Of a stretch of DNA of 64,000 nt, positions 45,676 to 57,630 are shown piece after piece. Position 1 is the stretch's first letter; the number at the start of each line of letters is the position of its first letter. This DNA is from an uncultured Nitrososphaeraceae archaeon (GTDB lineage Archaea; Thermoproteota; Nitrososphaeria; Nitrososphaerales; Nitrososphaeraceae), in NCBI GenBank assembly GCA_963765895.1, contig CAVXZB010000041.1:69152-133151 (forward strand), given 5' to 3'. The notes beneath the pieces are model-generated. The model saw only the letters and a list, made by a program, of their open reading frames with translations. It searched no databases and was not told the DNA's origin. A program made the position numbers and the translations under genes.

Positions 45676-46360
45676 ATTCTGTATCTATTACATTTATCGA
45701 AAATTTCTCCTTTAAGCCCTTATTACCGCATGTTTTCTTCTAATTGTCATTGTTATCATAGCGTACTTTGCTATGTTATCTGATGTTTCCCTTGTTACCA
45801 GAAAAACATTGTAATGAACTCAAATTAGGAGTCTAGAATTTGCGAAAGAGGATGCTCTTTTCATATAGATACGAACCTTACAAACTTTGACTGAAAAAAA
45901 TGTATTAAATTTCCGAACTACTCAACTTTGAATACAAAGATGGCTCTATGGCTCCATTATAACGATTTAATTGAAAAATCCCTAAGGCATAATTTTATTT
46001 ACTCGAGGCAAAAAGATCGACTTATATCATTTCTTCTGAGCCCGAGTCTTCAATACATTTCTGACTATTCCTGCTTTTCCTTTCTTTAGTCTACTAACGT
46101 GTTCAATGCTAGTGATCAATTAGAAAATATGCGCTATTATGAGTGGATAGTGACTTCATAAAAATCATCTAGAAAAATTAAGAATGATAGAGTGCTTATT
46201 TTGGTGGTTTAATGAATTGGACGTATCTCTAAATTAACTCATCAATCTGAATGCTTTATAATATGATCGAACATTGGTATTGAAGAATCAGGGTATGTTA
46301 GGTTAAAAAATACTTATGTAATTATCGCCACCTCATGTCAAACCCGTTATGTGCTGGAAC

Positions 46361-46438
46361 TTACCTCCGGTACGTCCGTGCCTCCGGTAGTATAGAATAC
46401 GGAGTGCAATTCCGGAGGTTCGGAGGCTCTGGAGGTAA
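46361..46438. repeat. Iteron-like array: three direct plus three inverted CCTCCG units
   Basis: TTACCTCCGGT ACGTCCGT GCCTCCGGT ... CCGGAGGT TCGGAGGC TCTGGAGGTAA. Confidence 0.75.
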
Positions 46439-47120
46439 TATCCACTGTCCTGGTGCTGATTATGTAAATTTGGATTAATATTTTTTGGACAACTTGTAGT
46501 AAACTATACCTTAGGCTGCAGCCAATGTCAAATACAAGCTAGAATTAATAAATTAACAACTTTGATTGCACTTGACTCCAATAGTCTCTGTAGCATGCAC
46601 CGATTCTATTCAAGCCTCACAAGAATGGTATCATTGATCTGGTGATATTGACGCTGTACCTCATACAAATAAAGAAACCTACCTCCGCAACATCAGGCCC
46701 TCCGATGTTATAGGCGTTTTCAACTCTCTTTATTAATCGACAGATATAATTGTTAGTTAAGAGGCGAAGGAGGCATATTCAAAATGCTTATTGTAGAGTT
46801 TTTGGATTAATCTAGATTCTTGCTCTATATCCCCTAGACAAAATCTTTTTTAGGTCTTTAAATGTCAATGCTTTAACCAATTGTGTATTACATTGGCTGC
46901 ATTAGAAACTTTCGACTTTCGTTCTAGCGATGTAATGCTATTACATACATTCTAACGTGCGATAAAGGCTCAGTAGAGTGACATACTCATCGCTCATTCA
47001 TATCTGTTTTAGCAAATATGATTTTCGATAATCTTCAACTCTAGAATTGTTGCTGGTATGAACAGCGTACCATTAGGAGATTCGATACTAAGGTTAGAAT
47101 CTATTTGCTGCTTTAGTCGA

Positions 47121-49480
47121 TTACAAGCCATATAAGCCGGCTATCTCTATGATATCCTTGGCCTCTAGACGACTTTCGACCCCTTTTCCGGTAATAACAT
47201 TAATGATTCCTTGGTTCCAAAATAGCTTTTTTAACCTATCTGGAATATCTTTATTATCTTGTATTTCTTGTCTTTTTTTATTAATATATTCAATTGATTC
47301 TGGATTTTCTTTTAGATACTCTGCAAGGTCTGGCCATCTATACCAAAGAATGGTCCAAAGAGCCAATTTCTCTCTCTCAATTGTGCCACCCATGTATAGG
47401 TCTGTTGCTTTTACAACCTGATACATGTTCACGAAACGCTTCATAGAACGTGGATTCGGATTCAATAATGATGCAAATGGTTTTAGCATATGCTCAATTT
47501 GGATTTGGACTTCTGGTGTAGCTAATTTTTCAATTGCTTTTTCACGTAAACGTTGCTGATATATAGGATTTTGGTTACCTAGCTTAATCTCATTAAACAA
47601 CTCATCTATATTGGTTGATGAGCCTTTTTTTCTGCATTCTCTATTTCTTTATCATTCTTGTCGGAAGGACTCGAAATTAGATAGTTCCAGTATGCTTCGT
47701 TTAGTACTTTTGAGGGACTTGGCATAAATATTGATAACTGAAAGATTTTTTGCAAGAAGACATGACCGAAGGGAAAACCCGGTTGATCCAAATACGGTTT
47801 AAAGGTCTCATACGATTTTTCGTAGCTGGAATAAATCCATCGTTTATCAGTCCGCTATTATATAGATTACGTTTACTTTCCTAAACAAGGTTTGAATACC
47901 CTCCAAGAATTCAACAGTGTAATTATCCCCACATCTATCTAAATCATCAATGAATATGATAATTGGATCCTTAATTTTGGATATGAGCTTGCTGAAATGA
48001 AATTTGATTCGGTTCATGGGATCGTTGGATAGCTCCATAAATTCTTTGGGAGCCTGAGATGAACCTGGCACAAGTGAGGTCTTTATCATACCAAAAAAAC
48101 TAAACGCAGCCACGATAAATGCAATGATCCCTGTAAACTTGAAATTGACAAAGGAACCTAGATTTTTTCCTATCGGGTTTTCAGCCTGTGTATGTGTAGT
48201 ATTTCCTAAAGAATTAATTGCTTCATTTGGAGTCAGTGATGGAACTTCAATAGTGCCTATTAAAATCAAGAAACCTATAATAGCAGATGTCACAGTAATC
48301 GACAAGAGAAAGTTAGAATGTTTCGTCCTTAAACGCCACTGAGTTTCCCATAGAAACAACTTGAAAGAGCGTAGTTTTGATTTTCTAGCAATAGCTCTTC
48401 TAGATTGTGTATACACTATATCCATTAGAGACCACCAAGGGGGTCCTGTTCTCTGGTTTTGCCAAGCATTAAATTCTACTATTATCCATTCGGTTGGCTT
48501 TTCTTTTCGATATTTTTTCAGAGCATCGCGTATAGAATAATTGGAGTTTTTTCGGAATTTTCTTTTTGAGCTTTTAATTGTAGAGCCTCACGTATTAAAG
48601 TAAGAGAAGTTTTTGAATTTTCTTTTTGAGCTTTTAATTGTAGAGCCTCACGTATTAAAGTAAGAAATGAACTCTTTTGAGTCTTTTTACCAGAGCATCG
48701 CGTATAGAATAATTGGAGCTTTTTTGGGAATTTTCTTTTTGAGCTTTTTCCTCTAGGGCCTTTCGTATGAAAAGAAAAGCGAGCTCTTCCGGATCCCCAC
48801 GCTCCATCAATATGAAGTATGAACGCATCCTTCTCTGCCATATTATTTCTGACCTGGTATAACAGATTAACTAAAAACTTTGCAATAGAAATCCTACCTA
48901 ATCTGTCAATACTTGTGGGAGCATCTTTATGAGTTGAAACCTCGTCTTCATAAATATTAAATAAATGGCGCCAAGGTTTGCGATAATTTTCTGTCAGAAG
49001 ATCACGATAGATATTCTCTTTAACTTCATCTCTTATCAGATCTAAGAGTTTGTTTGAACGTAGCATATCCCCAGTATTTTTGTCGATGAGGCAAAGACCA
49101 ATAATAAACAATTTTGCATGCAATAGTGTGACTTTGTCATGATCATATACGGCTGTTACTTGATGTATCCATTCTTTAATTGATCTTTTTTCTCCAACGG
49201 GAATGAGATCGTTGTCAACGTCTATTTCTTCTTCTGCACCTCCATCCCAATGGATTGACTGATGAAATAAATTCTTAGGTTCATTTTTGGTAAATTCTGT
49301 ATGTATATTAATAATTTCTCTAATAATCTCCATCGCTGAAGGTCTGATCTCATTCTCCTGTATTCTTGGTCTTATACTAAGGTTAAGATTATTGAATGCC
49401 TGTATTACTGATCCAGATAATGCAATATCGGTCGTTATCCTGCTACCCATAATCTCATATTCATAGTAGTCTTCCTCCAC
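47121..49480 (-). pseudogene. KAP-family P-loop NTPase with two TM helices and an N-terminal extension, in at least four fragments
   Basis: DGAWGSG(K)S, FNAWQN, TM pair, IIFIDDLDRC, FLQKIFQL, NPRSMKRF. Confidence 0.88.
48519..48750. repeat. A-B-B-A array of about 60-bp units inside the KAP gene
   Basis: CAGAGCATCGCGTATAGAATAATTGGAG twice; GAATTTTCTTTTTGAGCTTTTAATTGTAGAGCCTCACGTATTAAAGTAAGA twice at 60-bp spacing. Confidence 0.9.
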
Positions 49481-49768
49481 TAACAGAAATTGAATGAACC
49501 TGCTAATAAAATAATCTGATATCCAAATGATCTGGAGGAGGAGAGCTCAATTTCTATGAGACAACTCCAAAACTTTTCTCTACGCCGTTCAAAAGCACCA
49601 AATATCTATGAGTATATAAAAATATACTTCCCGCGCAACATTAGCTTGATATTGAGTATATTTTTTTAGTCTCACTTATCTGTGAAAACCTTGTGGGTTC
49701 TTATCTAGAACCCTGTAGATAATAGGGTTCACCCTATCGATACATTGTATCATTATAATATATTCACG

Positions 49769-50835
49769 TTATATTTTGGATCGACGCAATAGATCATACA
49801 ATTCCTGATTCTTATATCTCAATGTCTCTTCAAATTTCGATGGTTTTATTCCAGTCTCTCTCACTCTTTTAATAGCTTTATTAATCAATTCATCAAAGTA
49901 GTCCACGGAGAGATCTAGTTCCTTAACCTCATCACATCTCAAAATCCATTCTTTTATCCTATCAAAAGAATCTGAATCAGAGAGATTTTGCACATTCACA
50001 AAATATTGCGCTAGCATTAGTGATTGCGTTCTTGCGATAATCTTTCAGCGACATTTGAAGGAGTAGTTCTATATGTTGAATCCTATTATTGGCAGGAAAT
50101 TGGCTTTTCTTCTCTTCCTGAATCTCTGCTTTCAACTTTCGGTCAATAAATAAGGTCTGAAATTCAACTAGTAAATTATCTATATTTGGTAATGGCTTAG
50201 TTGTCAAACCTCTGAATTATTCTGACTTCTGAATCCTCTTTTCCCTCACCAGTGCATTTGGAGTTAAATGTATAGGGAATTCTAAGGAGACATGATTTGA
50301 ATCCAGGATTGTTTGAAGGATCTGCTTTGTTTAATGGTAAGTGTCTCTGCGAATTGTAAAAAGGCTTTTGATGGCTCGTTAACATAGGAAGTACATTCTT
50401 CATAGTTTTCTAGGGCTTCTTTAGCATTAACTGGGATTATTATATGATAACCACGACCCGACCAAATTATCCATGGTTTGACGTCGTAAAGCAAAGTCGC
50501 AATATTTATACATATTTGTTTTAACATTGGCTGTGAAATTATGTCAGATCTGAAATCTTCATACACGTCACCAACCACAGTATATCCTAGATACAAATAT
50601 ATCCAGATTTTACCTTTTTGTATTCCTGTTCTTCTGGCAGCTGATACAAGTACAGGATAAGCAATAGTCTAGTCTTTGTGTGCTGAACCCCTGAAATAAT
50701 TCAAGTCTTGATGCCCAGTGAATATTTATATACGATGACCTAACTTTCTTATGATAATTTTCTAGGAATCATAGGATCTTGTAAAGTGTGTTATGAAATC
50801 AAGCATATTTTTTATCCTGTTGCTGTATCCACCAT
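49769..50835 (-). pseudogene. AEP-PriX primase (copy 2), heavily fragmented
   Basis: WSGRGYHIIIP, FKSCLLRIPYTFNSK, DYRK..LAQYFVNV..IKEWILRC are colinear with copy 1. Confidence 0.75.
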
Positions 50836-50887
50836 CTTCTGGATTAGTCTGTAGTCAATATTATTAGTCAGAAATATTAGCCAGAAG

Positions 50888-51145
50888 TTATTTGGGCGAA
50901 AATCCCAATTTCATTCTATCTTGTTTACTGATATGCTTGATCATAGTGGCTACTTTGTTGCCTTCTTTTATGGCATATTCAATCCTTCTATCAATCGAAC
51001 TTTTTCCAATCGGTAAGTGTACTAGCTCTTGTCTATGTTTTTCATAAAGGTGTAATTCTAAGTCAAATTCAATATCTACCATACATTTGCAGAATATGCA
51101 CAGAGTTGATACTCTATCATTAAACTCATTACTAATCGTGTCCAT
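50888..51145 (-). CDS. Small C2H2 zinc-finger protein
   Basis: CIFC-x12-HLYEKH. Confidence 0.6.
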   Translation of the reverse strand: MDTISNEFNDRVSTLCIFCKCMVDIEFDLELHLYEKHRQELVHLPIGKSSIDRRIEYAIKEGNKVATMIKHISKQDRMKLGFSPK

Positions 51146-51157
51146 AACTCGATCTTA

Positions 51158-51300
51158 CCCTGCTATCCCCGCAATCCCCGCGACAGACTGAGATCTATAA
51201 TTAAGCGATGATCGTAACAATAATTAGCATGGTTTCTGAAATGTTTATTGGAAAAATTATGATATAGAGTATAATTTTTTTGCGGGGTTTGACAGCGGGT
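51158..51300. repeat. Candidate replication origin 2, same layout as 42812-42952
   Basis: CCCTGCTAT CCCCGCAAT CCCCGCGAC ... AAAAATTAT-N10-ATAATTTTT TTGCGGGGTTTGACAGCGGG. Confidence 0.6.
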
Positions 51301-51347
51301 TTTAGGATATTCTGCTAAAGAATGAGAACACAGGAAAATGCAATTTA

Positions 51348-53328
51348 TCAATCAGATTTATTATCCTCATCTGCTAGGGTGTCGCTGTTATCGCTACTGT
51401 CTGTAAAGTTAGCTTGGTAATTGTTATTTGAGATTATAATGTTGTTACTCTTGCTATGCCGGTCATATTCCTTGTGAATGACAATACCAATTTCATTTAG
51501 ATTGGGTATTATCTCATTGAGTCGGTTGCTTAATGCATGTGCGGTTTTTGGCCATTCCTTACTATTCACAAGTCCTGACAGTTCTTTTCTTTGGGATATT
51601 AATTCGTTTAGAGTCACTCTCAATTCTTCAGCTTTTCCAGACCAAGTGGTCTGCGATGTCAACAAAGCCGTAACTGCAGTAGGTATCGGATTAGCTTCGA
51701 TTGCTTCCTCATTGGTAAACCCAATATTCCGATTGTATGCCTCTGTGAACTTACCCTCATCATATCCCAAGCATCTTGAGATTAATTCCCCTATCTCAGC
51801 AAAGTCAGCCATTCGCGGTAATTCTTCTAAATGAACCTCTCCTAATCTGTCCAATACTTTTACTAATGTATCGAAAATGTATCCAAGAATATAGGGCAAA
51901 ATCTTTTGAAACTCCTTATGAAGATAACTAAGTTTTTTCCTTTCTTTCCTGTGAATTGGCCTCAGATGAATTTGGAGTATTCTATCAAGTAAATCTGCTT
52001 TTGTAGCCGTAATGTTTATTCCATTGTACCCTACGGCTCTTTTCATATTATAAATAACATCCTTATCATTTTCGTAAAGGACTCTCTTTACGAAACCACT
52101 GCCGGTAACTGCACGGCAGAGTTGATCTGAAGTTATGTCTGATATCTCAGAAACGTTGTCAAAATAAGTAAGATAACAATGAGATAATGCTTGTACCAAA
52201 TCAGCCAGATTTTTTGGAAAGGCTGTTGTAAGAGCAGGAGCCGGATTTACTATCAATTTATTAAATTCCTGGAATGTTGATTTACCTGAGCCATGGATCC
52301 CGTGTGAAATTAGCATGGGTTTGGGCAAATTTCCAAGAACAAATAGAGATAGCAAATAGACCTTTGCGAGAAGTTTGTTATCCTCATCATTGTATACATT
52401 TGTTAATTTCATGAATTGTTCCAATATGTCCGGTGGATAATCTCTTAGAGGATACACTTGCGGATTTGCAATAGGAAAACGCTTAAACAAGATTTCCCTT
52501 GAATTTTTTTCAATGCTCCATCCATTCCTAGTTATTTTAATGAATTCCCAGATAGAATTGCAAAGATCATAGTAGATGACATTCGAATCCTTGCCTGTAC
52601 TAACGACATCCGGGTCAACAAATGAGGCTATACGTATGAAAAGTGTTCTTATTTTTTGATTTTTCTCTGAGTTGTCAATATTGCCACTAACTTCAAAACG
52701 AAATATGCTCTTGATTTTTGAGATTTCCAGTGTTGAAAGAACTCAGTTACGTGTTGCTCCATTTTCCTTTTTAGAATAATAGTACAGTGCCCCTGCAAAA
52801 TCTTCAAACCTTTGATCATCTATCGGTATTGTTTCTATATGCTCGTTTACCCTTACGGCAACATAGGGTTCCTTTACTTCATCAAGGAATAACTCGACAA
52901 CTTTTTCTTTTATTAATTCTATTGCCTCTGTTTCATCATCTACACTGCTATCATCATCCAGACAAGTTATAACATTATTATAATTTTCATCAATGATCTC
53001 AGTCAGCATTGATATATCTTCGTCACGAATGCCTTTATTTTTTGCTCTTTTTACAAATGTATCAATTGTCTTGGTCCAATCAGAATATACTGTAGAGATA
53101 ATCACCTTTTCGTTATAGGAATGATTAAGTTTTACTTCAACACTTTTGGTTTTGCATTTTACAATAAAATGCGAAATTATATCTTTGTGATCTGAAGCTA
53201 CCTATGCTTAAGGGAATTATGTCAATACTTGAATTTTGATTTTTATTTGTATCTTTATTTTCCGATAACTCTTTCTCATTCTCCTCACTTTTATTTGTAT
53301 TTTCAGGTTGCGAGTTATCATCATTCAT
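51348..53328 (-). pseudogene. Primase-associated SF3-like helicase/ATPase; 5' part frameshifted
   Basis: GIHGSGKST (Walker A), YFDNVS (Walker B), YNGI, DLLDR, PRMADFA, WPKT; upstream fragments 52743-53105 and 53137-53328. Confidence 0.75.
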
Positions 53329-53518
53329 TATGATATACCTGCTAGCCCTGAAATCTGATGCAAAGTTAAATGAACTTCGGATTGACCACAAAACATTACT
53401 CTTCTACTTGACAGACTTTTTGTATCGTTGTATTTACCTGCTATGTAAATCTCCTTATCTGACTCGACAGGAATTTGCCTTGGAATTCCGAAATATTTAA
53501 GTGAATAAGTCTGTGTAA

Positions 53519-53740
53519 TTAATAATTGCCAAACTGATTTTTCATCTCTTGGGGCATGGAATGAAGAGTTGTGTTAGTTACAGGTTGTGGAGCCTCTAAC
53601 ACTCTCCCTACATGTCTACAGTTACACTTACACAATATGATGTGATTGATATTCCTGTTGTGCCAAATTCTTGGGCAGGTTTCACAGTCTTCAGGACAGA
53701 TACTAATAATTAAATCAGGAATTTTAATTGTAATGGTCAA
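53519..53740 (-). CDS. Small Cys-rich protein
   Basis: CPEDCETC..CKCNCRH at the head of the replication operon. Confidence 0.5.
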   Translation of the reverse strand: MTITIKIPDLIISICPEDCETCPRIWHNRNINHIILCKCNCRHVGRVLEAPQPVTNTTLHSMPQEMKNQFGNY

Positions 53741-53947
53741 GTACTGTATCGCCTCGTTTCTTTTTTACTTTATAATCATATGCTTCTTCGAGAAGACGTA
53801 TACGTATCTGCTTCGCGGTATATCCCCTCATTGCTTATCGATTTGCTGTATTATACTTACCGGCAGCGATATACCTGTTGCAATAACTTTTTTCAATATT
53901 GTAATGTTACAATACTAATAAATATTATTATTTGGTAGTCCCTACCA

Positions 53948-55130
53948 TTGCTGTATAAATACAGAATTGATATCTTTAATTCGATAGCAGATAGTCTACT
54001 ACAGTCAGAGACTAACCTTACTTACTCTGCACTATACCAGAAGACGTTAACCAAATTAGATTACCCTTTGTCTCATAGAGATTTTGCAAATTGTTTGCAA
54101 GCTATGGTTAGTGAGACCACGTTGTCCAAATTTGATGAGACTGGCAAGAGAGGCTCAAAGGTATATTACTCTTTAAGTGAAACTGCTAAACAGCAACAAC
54201 AATTAAAGATACTTGATATCGATGATAATTATTGGAAGAGAAGAAGCCTATATCAAATACTACTTTATTTTCATAGTTTTAAAAGAGGGGTATTACTCTC
54301 AGAAAAACAGCTCAAGTATAACCTAAGAAAGATTGGTCTACGATTTGAAGAATTGCGAGAACTAAATATAGATAGAGGCCTTCTAAGAAATGTAAATCAG
54401 ACGAATCATAACCTGAAAATTAAGTATACCCAGACTGGTACATTTAACAATTCCTTCTAGAAGTTTAGAAATTGTAAAATATACCCAGAATCCAAATAGT
54501 CATATAGAAAGAAATAATATTAAATATTATTTCTATTCACATGGATTTACTGTTGAGGAATTCAAGATATATATAAAAAAACTGAAAAAGATGAAAGAAC
54601 CACGTCCATTTTCGAGCGGTCCATTATTAGTTCCTTATATCTATTACACAGACTATAATGATTCAGAAATAGAAGAATCTATACAATTATTTTATCAGGC
54701 TAGATTAATTAAAATTATTCCTCCTGTCATCGGAGACGAAATACGATATCATATCTCTGATAGTTCATTGGTAGATCTAATTACGACAATTAGAAAGATT
54801 CAAGAGGCTATGTATTACAAAATCATTGCTAAACTTGCTTATACCGAAAAGCCTGATGAAAACGATAGACAGATTCTTGAATTGTACTTTGGTAAAAAGG
54901 TCACCGATCTTACTATCGCCAAGGCTAATCAATTTAGAAAGGACTCAAGAAAGAAGCCCCAGATTCAAACTGAAAATAGAAGAATGATGCAGGAATATGA
55001 TAAAGAAATAAGCAAGTGGAAAGATATCTTGTATAAAATCCACGGAGGTAAATTCAACAAAAATGAGTTTTTAACTGATTTACTTGTTGGCTTCCCTCTA
55101 AAGCGAGCTAAGAACCACAAAAGCCGGTAG
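53948..55130 (+). pseudogene. Winged-helix DNA-binding protein divergent from the replication operon, split
   Basis: LTYSALY..LSHRDFANCLQAMV..RGSKVYYSLSE; continuation 54591-55130. Confidence 0.55.
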
Positions 55131-55214
55131 AAGGTAAATCGGATGATTGCATGTGTATCACTTTATATTCTAGAAGAAATACTATTGCCATAGGCATATT
55201 ACATGGCAGTATAT

Positions 55215-56792
55215 ATGAAATATTCTTTCGCTTTTCCGACTACATCATAAGAAATATAATAACAATGGCAGTAATGAATTCTTCTACCTGTTTGATGGAC
55301 TAAGTATGGATACCTGGCATATGGCCAGTCCAGGTGAATTTGTATTGTTGAATACGACAAATCATTGCGATCAGAAGGGGGAATGGGATTACTATGGTAT
55401 GCTGAAAAGAAGTAGAAGGATTTGTACTAAAGGTTGATTGGAAAGCCAGTAGTATAAATGACAATTCAGGAGTAATTTGTCAGATTTTCAAATCCAGACA
55501 ATGATCCTATGATAGCTGTCAATACAGGGTATGAGATACAAATTGATGATCTGGCGGCACCTGATGGCAATCCTCTTCATAAAACAGGTGCAATATACAA
55601 CTTTGCCTCTACCTCAAACGCAGCAGTATCAAAACCAAGGCCAATGGAATACCTTTGAGATAGAAGTAACAAATCAAAAATATAGTGTATGTTAAATGGG
55701 CCATGTAGAAATCATCACAAAAATGACAATATTCATTAGCCTGTGCATGTTATAGGCTATGCATCTGAATGATAGTTCCCTGTTCTGTGTTTTTACTAGC
55801 CTTGAAGAAATATATTCTCCAAATAGTCGTTTTATGACAGACATTATGGTCTCATCCTTGTTTCGTTGATTGTACAATAGTTCGTTATATCCACGTTTCA
55901 TCTGCTTTCTATATCTGCCATGTGTTCTCCATATCGGTACATGTTCATATCGAGCTGGAATAACACTGAATGCATGCAAGGTTTCTCTTACCAACTGATG
56001 ATTATCTTCATTATCATATCCCTTATCAGCTTAACTACGGATAATGGTAGAATTTCGGCTATTCTTGTTATGATTGGCTTGAAATCTACATTATCATGTC
56101 TTGTAGGAGCTCGTCTTATCCTTATGTTGCAGATAATCTGTTGTAGTACGTCAGCTCCAATAGATAATTTCGCATATTTTCTTCTTGCTTCTATTCGTTA
56201 ATCATAATACTGTGAAGCATGAGTTATTTTAAATCCTGTTGAATCTATTCCTACAAAGATATGCTTCGTACAGCTAATTACAATGAATGACGAAATTATC
56301 TTCTCAAGCAGTGAATTGCTAATTCTGTCTGTCTGTAAACTTTTGCAATGTTGTAAAATGAGGAATACGTGACAATCGTAGGTACAATCTAAGGTAATAT
56401 GCCTCGACTAACCACTCGACAAACATCCTATAACTCTTACCTTGGTACTGTCTTATTGTAAGTAATACTAAATGCTGCCATATCATAAATGCATGATTGC
56501 TCTTTCTGTGAAGAAACAATGGTATCCTTGAATTTCTCAAGACACGGTACATAGTATTAGCCAGCCTAACATATCTTGATTCTTTCAACATCCATATTGG
56601 ATCATACGTCTAGAAAGCTCTAACGGTATTCAGAACATGGTTTCTACAGAGCCGTTAAATGGTAAAAAAGTAATACCAGAGTTTACAGGCAACAGACTCA
56701 CTGTAGGATATATTGGAATCCAAAATCATCATGCAGGTTCCCATGTTTCATTTAAGAATATTAGGATAAAGGAGAAGAAAATGTTAACATGA
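55215..56792 (+). pseudogene. DUF1080 (3-keto-disaccharide hydrolase-like) gene interrupted by IS5
   Basis: LFDG..W, GGMGLLWY, NSG, GYEIQIDD, TGAIY, WNTFEIEV before the IS; GYIGIQNH..VSFKNIRIKE after it. Confidence 0.8.
55699..56653 (-). mobile_element. IS5-family element, transposase frameshifted
   Basis: TIRs GGCCATGTAGAAA / GGCTCTGTAGAAA; 8-bp target duplication GTTAAATG (55691-98, 56654-61); paralogue of 5891-6838. Confidence 0.92.
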
Positions 56793-57630
56793 CCTTTGAC
56801 GCACTTGATTTTTGGCAGCTACAGTAAATAGTTACCCTGAGAATACATAATTAGATATTTCACAGATAAATTTATGAATTAAATAATATTCGTGTTTTTA
56901 TGAATAACTGCTTTGAATGGCCTCGAAATAACTGTATTTGGTATTTAAAACTGGCAGTATTCTTTTCAAGATCTTGATATGGCTTAACTTGCGTCCATTA
57001 TTTTTAATCCTCTAAAATCTAGGATAACAGATGTTGCAAGAACATGTTGATCAAAATAAAGGCTGATTCAAATATATTATTCTCTTATAAGCAATTGGAC
57101 AACTTCCCATACTTGATAATAGAAAAATTTGGCTGTTCCTTCTATCAAACCGTTTAGTTTCACCAAACTTTTGATACGGACTATAGCTTAGATACTTTGC
57201 CAGTGGGAGTTTCAATGTTCGTTGCAAACAATCCACAAGCATCGAAAGACGTTCTCCCACTCGTCACGGCCTTGTAAGTTTTTCTGTCAGTGTAGTTACC
57301 GTGATATATAGATCACAGGCTCTTGCAGGATTTCGAATTATTTGTTTCTAGAAGAAATTGTTGTGCCAAAATAATGGCAATTATAAAATAGGAATTAGGA
57401 ATACTGATGATCTATAGATTAAATTATCTCAATTCTACTTCATGTTCAGAATTTATCAAACCCTTTATTCTTTGGCATAGCTTTGAGCGGTAGGAGTTAG
57501 TAATATTATTTTAATCAATAATTGAAGCGAATAAAATGTGTATTCTATTTATTCGGTATTACTCGATATCCAAATGATTATAAATACTTATATACTATTA
57601 ATTAGCATACTATTAATTAGATATCATAAC

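Noticed and set aside
48519-48750. 60-bp repeats as a CRISPR array
   Set aside because: The units are duplicated coding sequence inside the KAP gene; no unique spacers or cas genes
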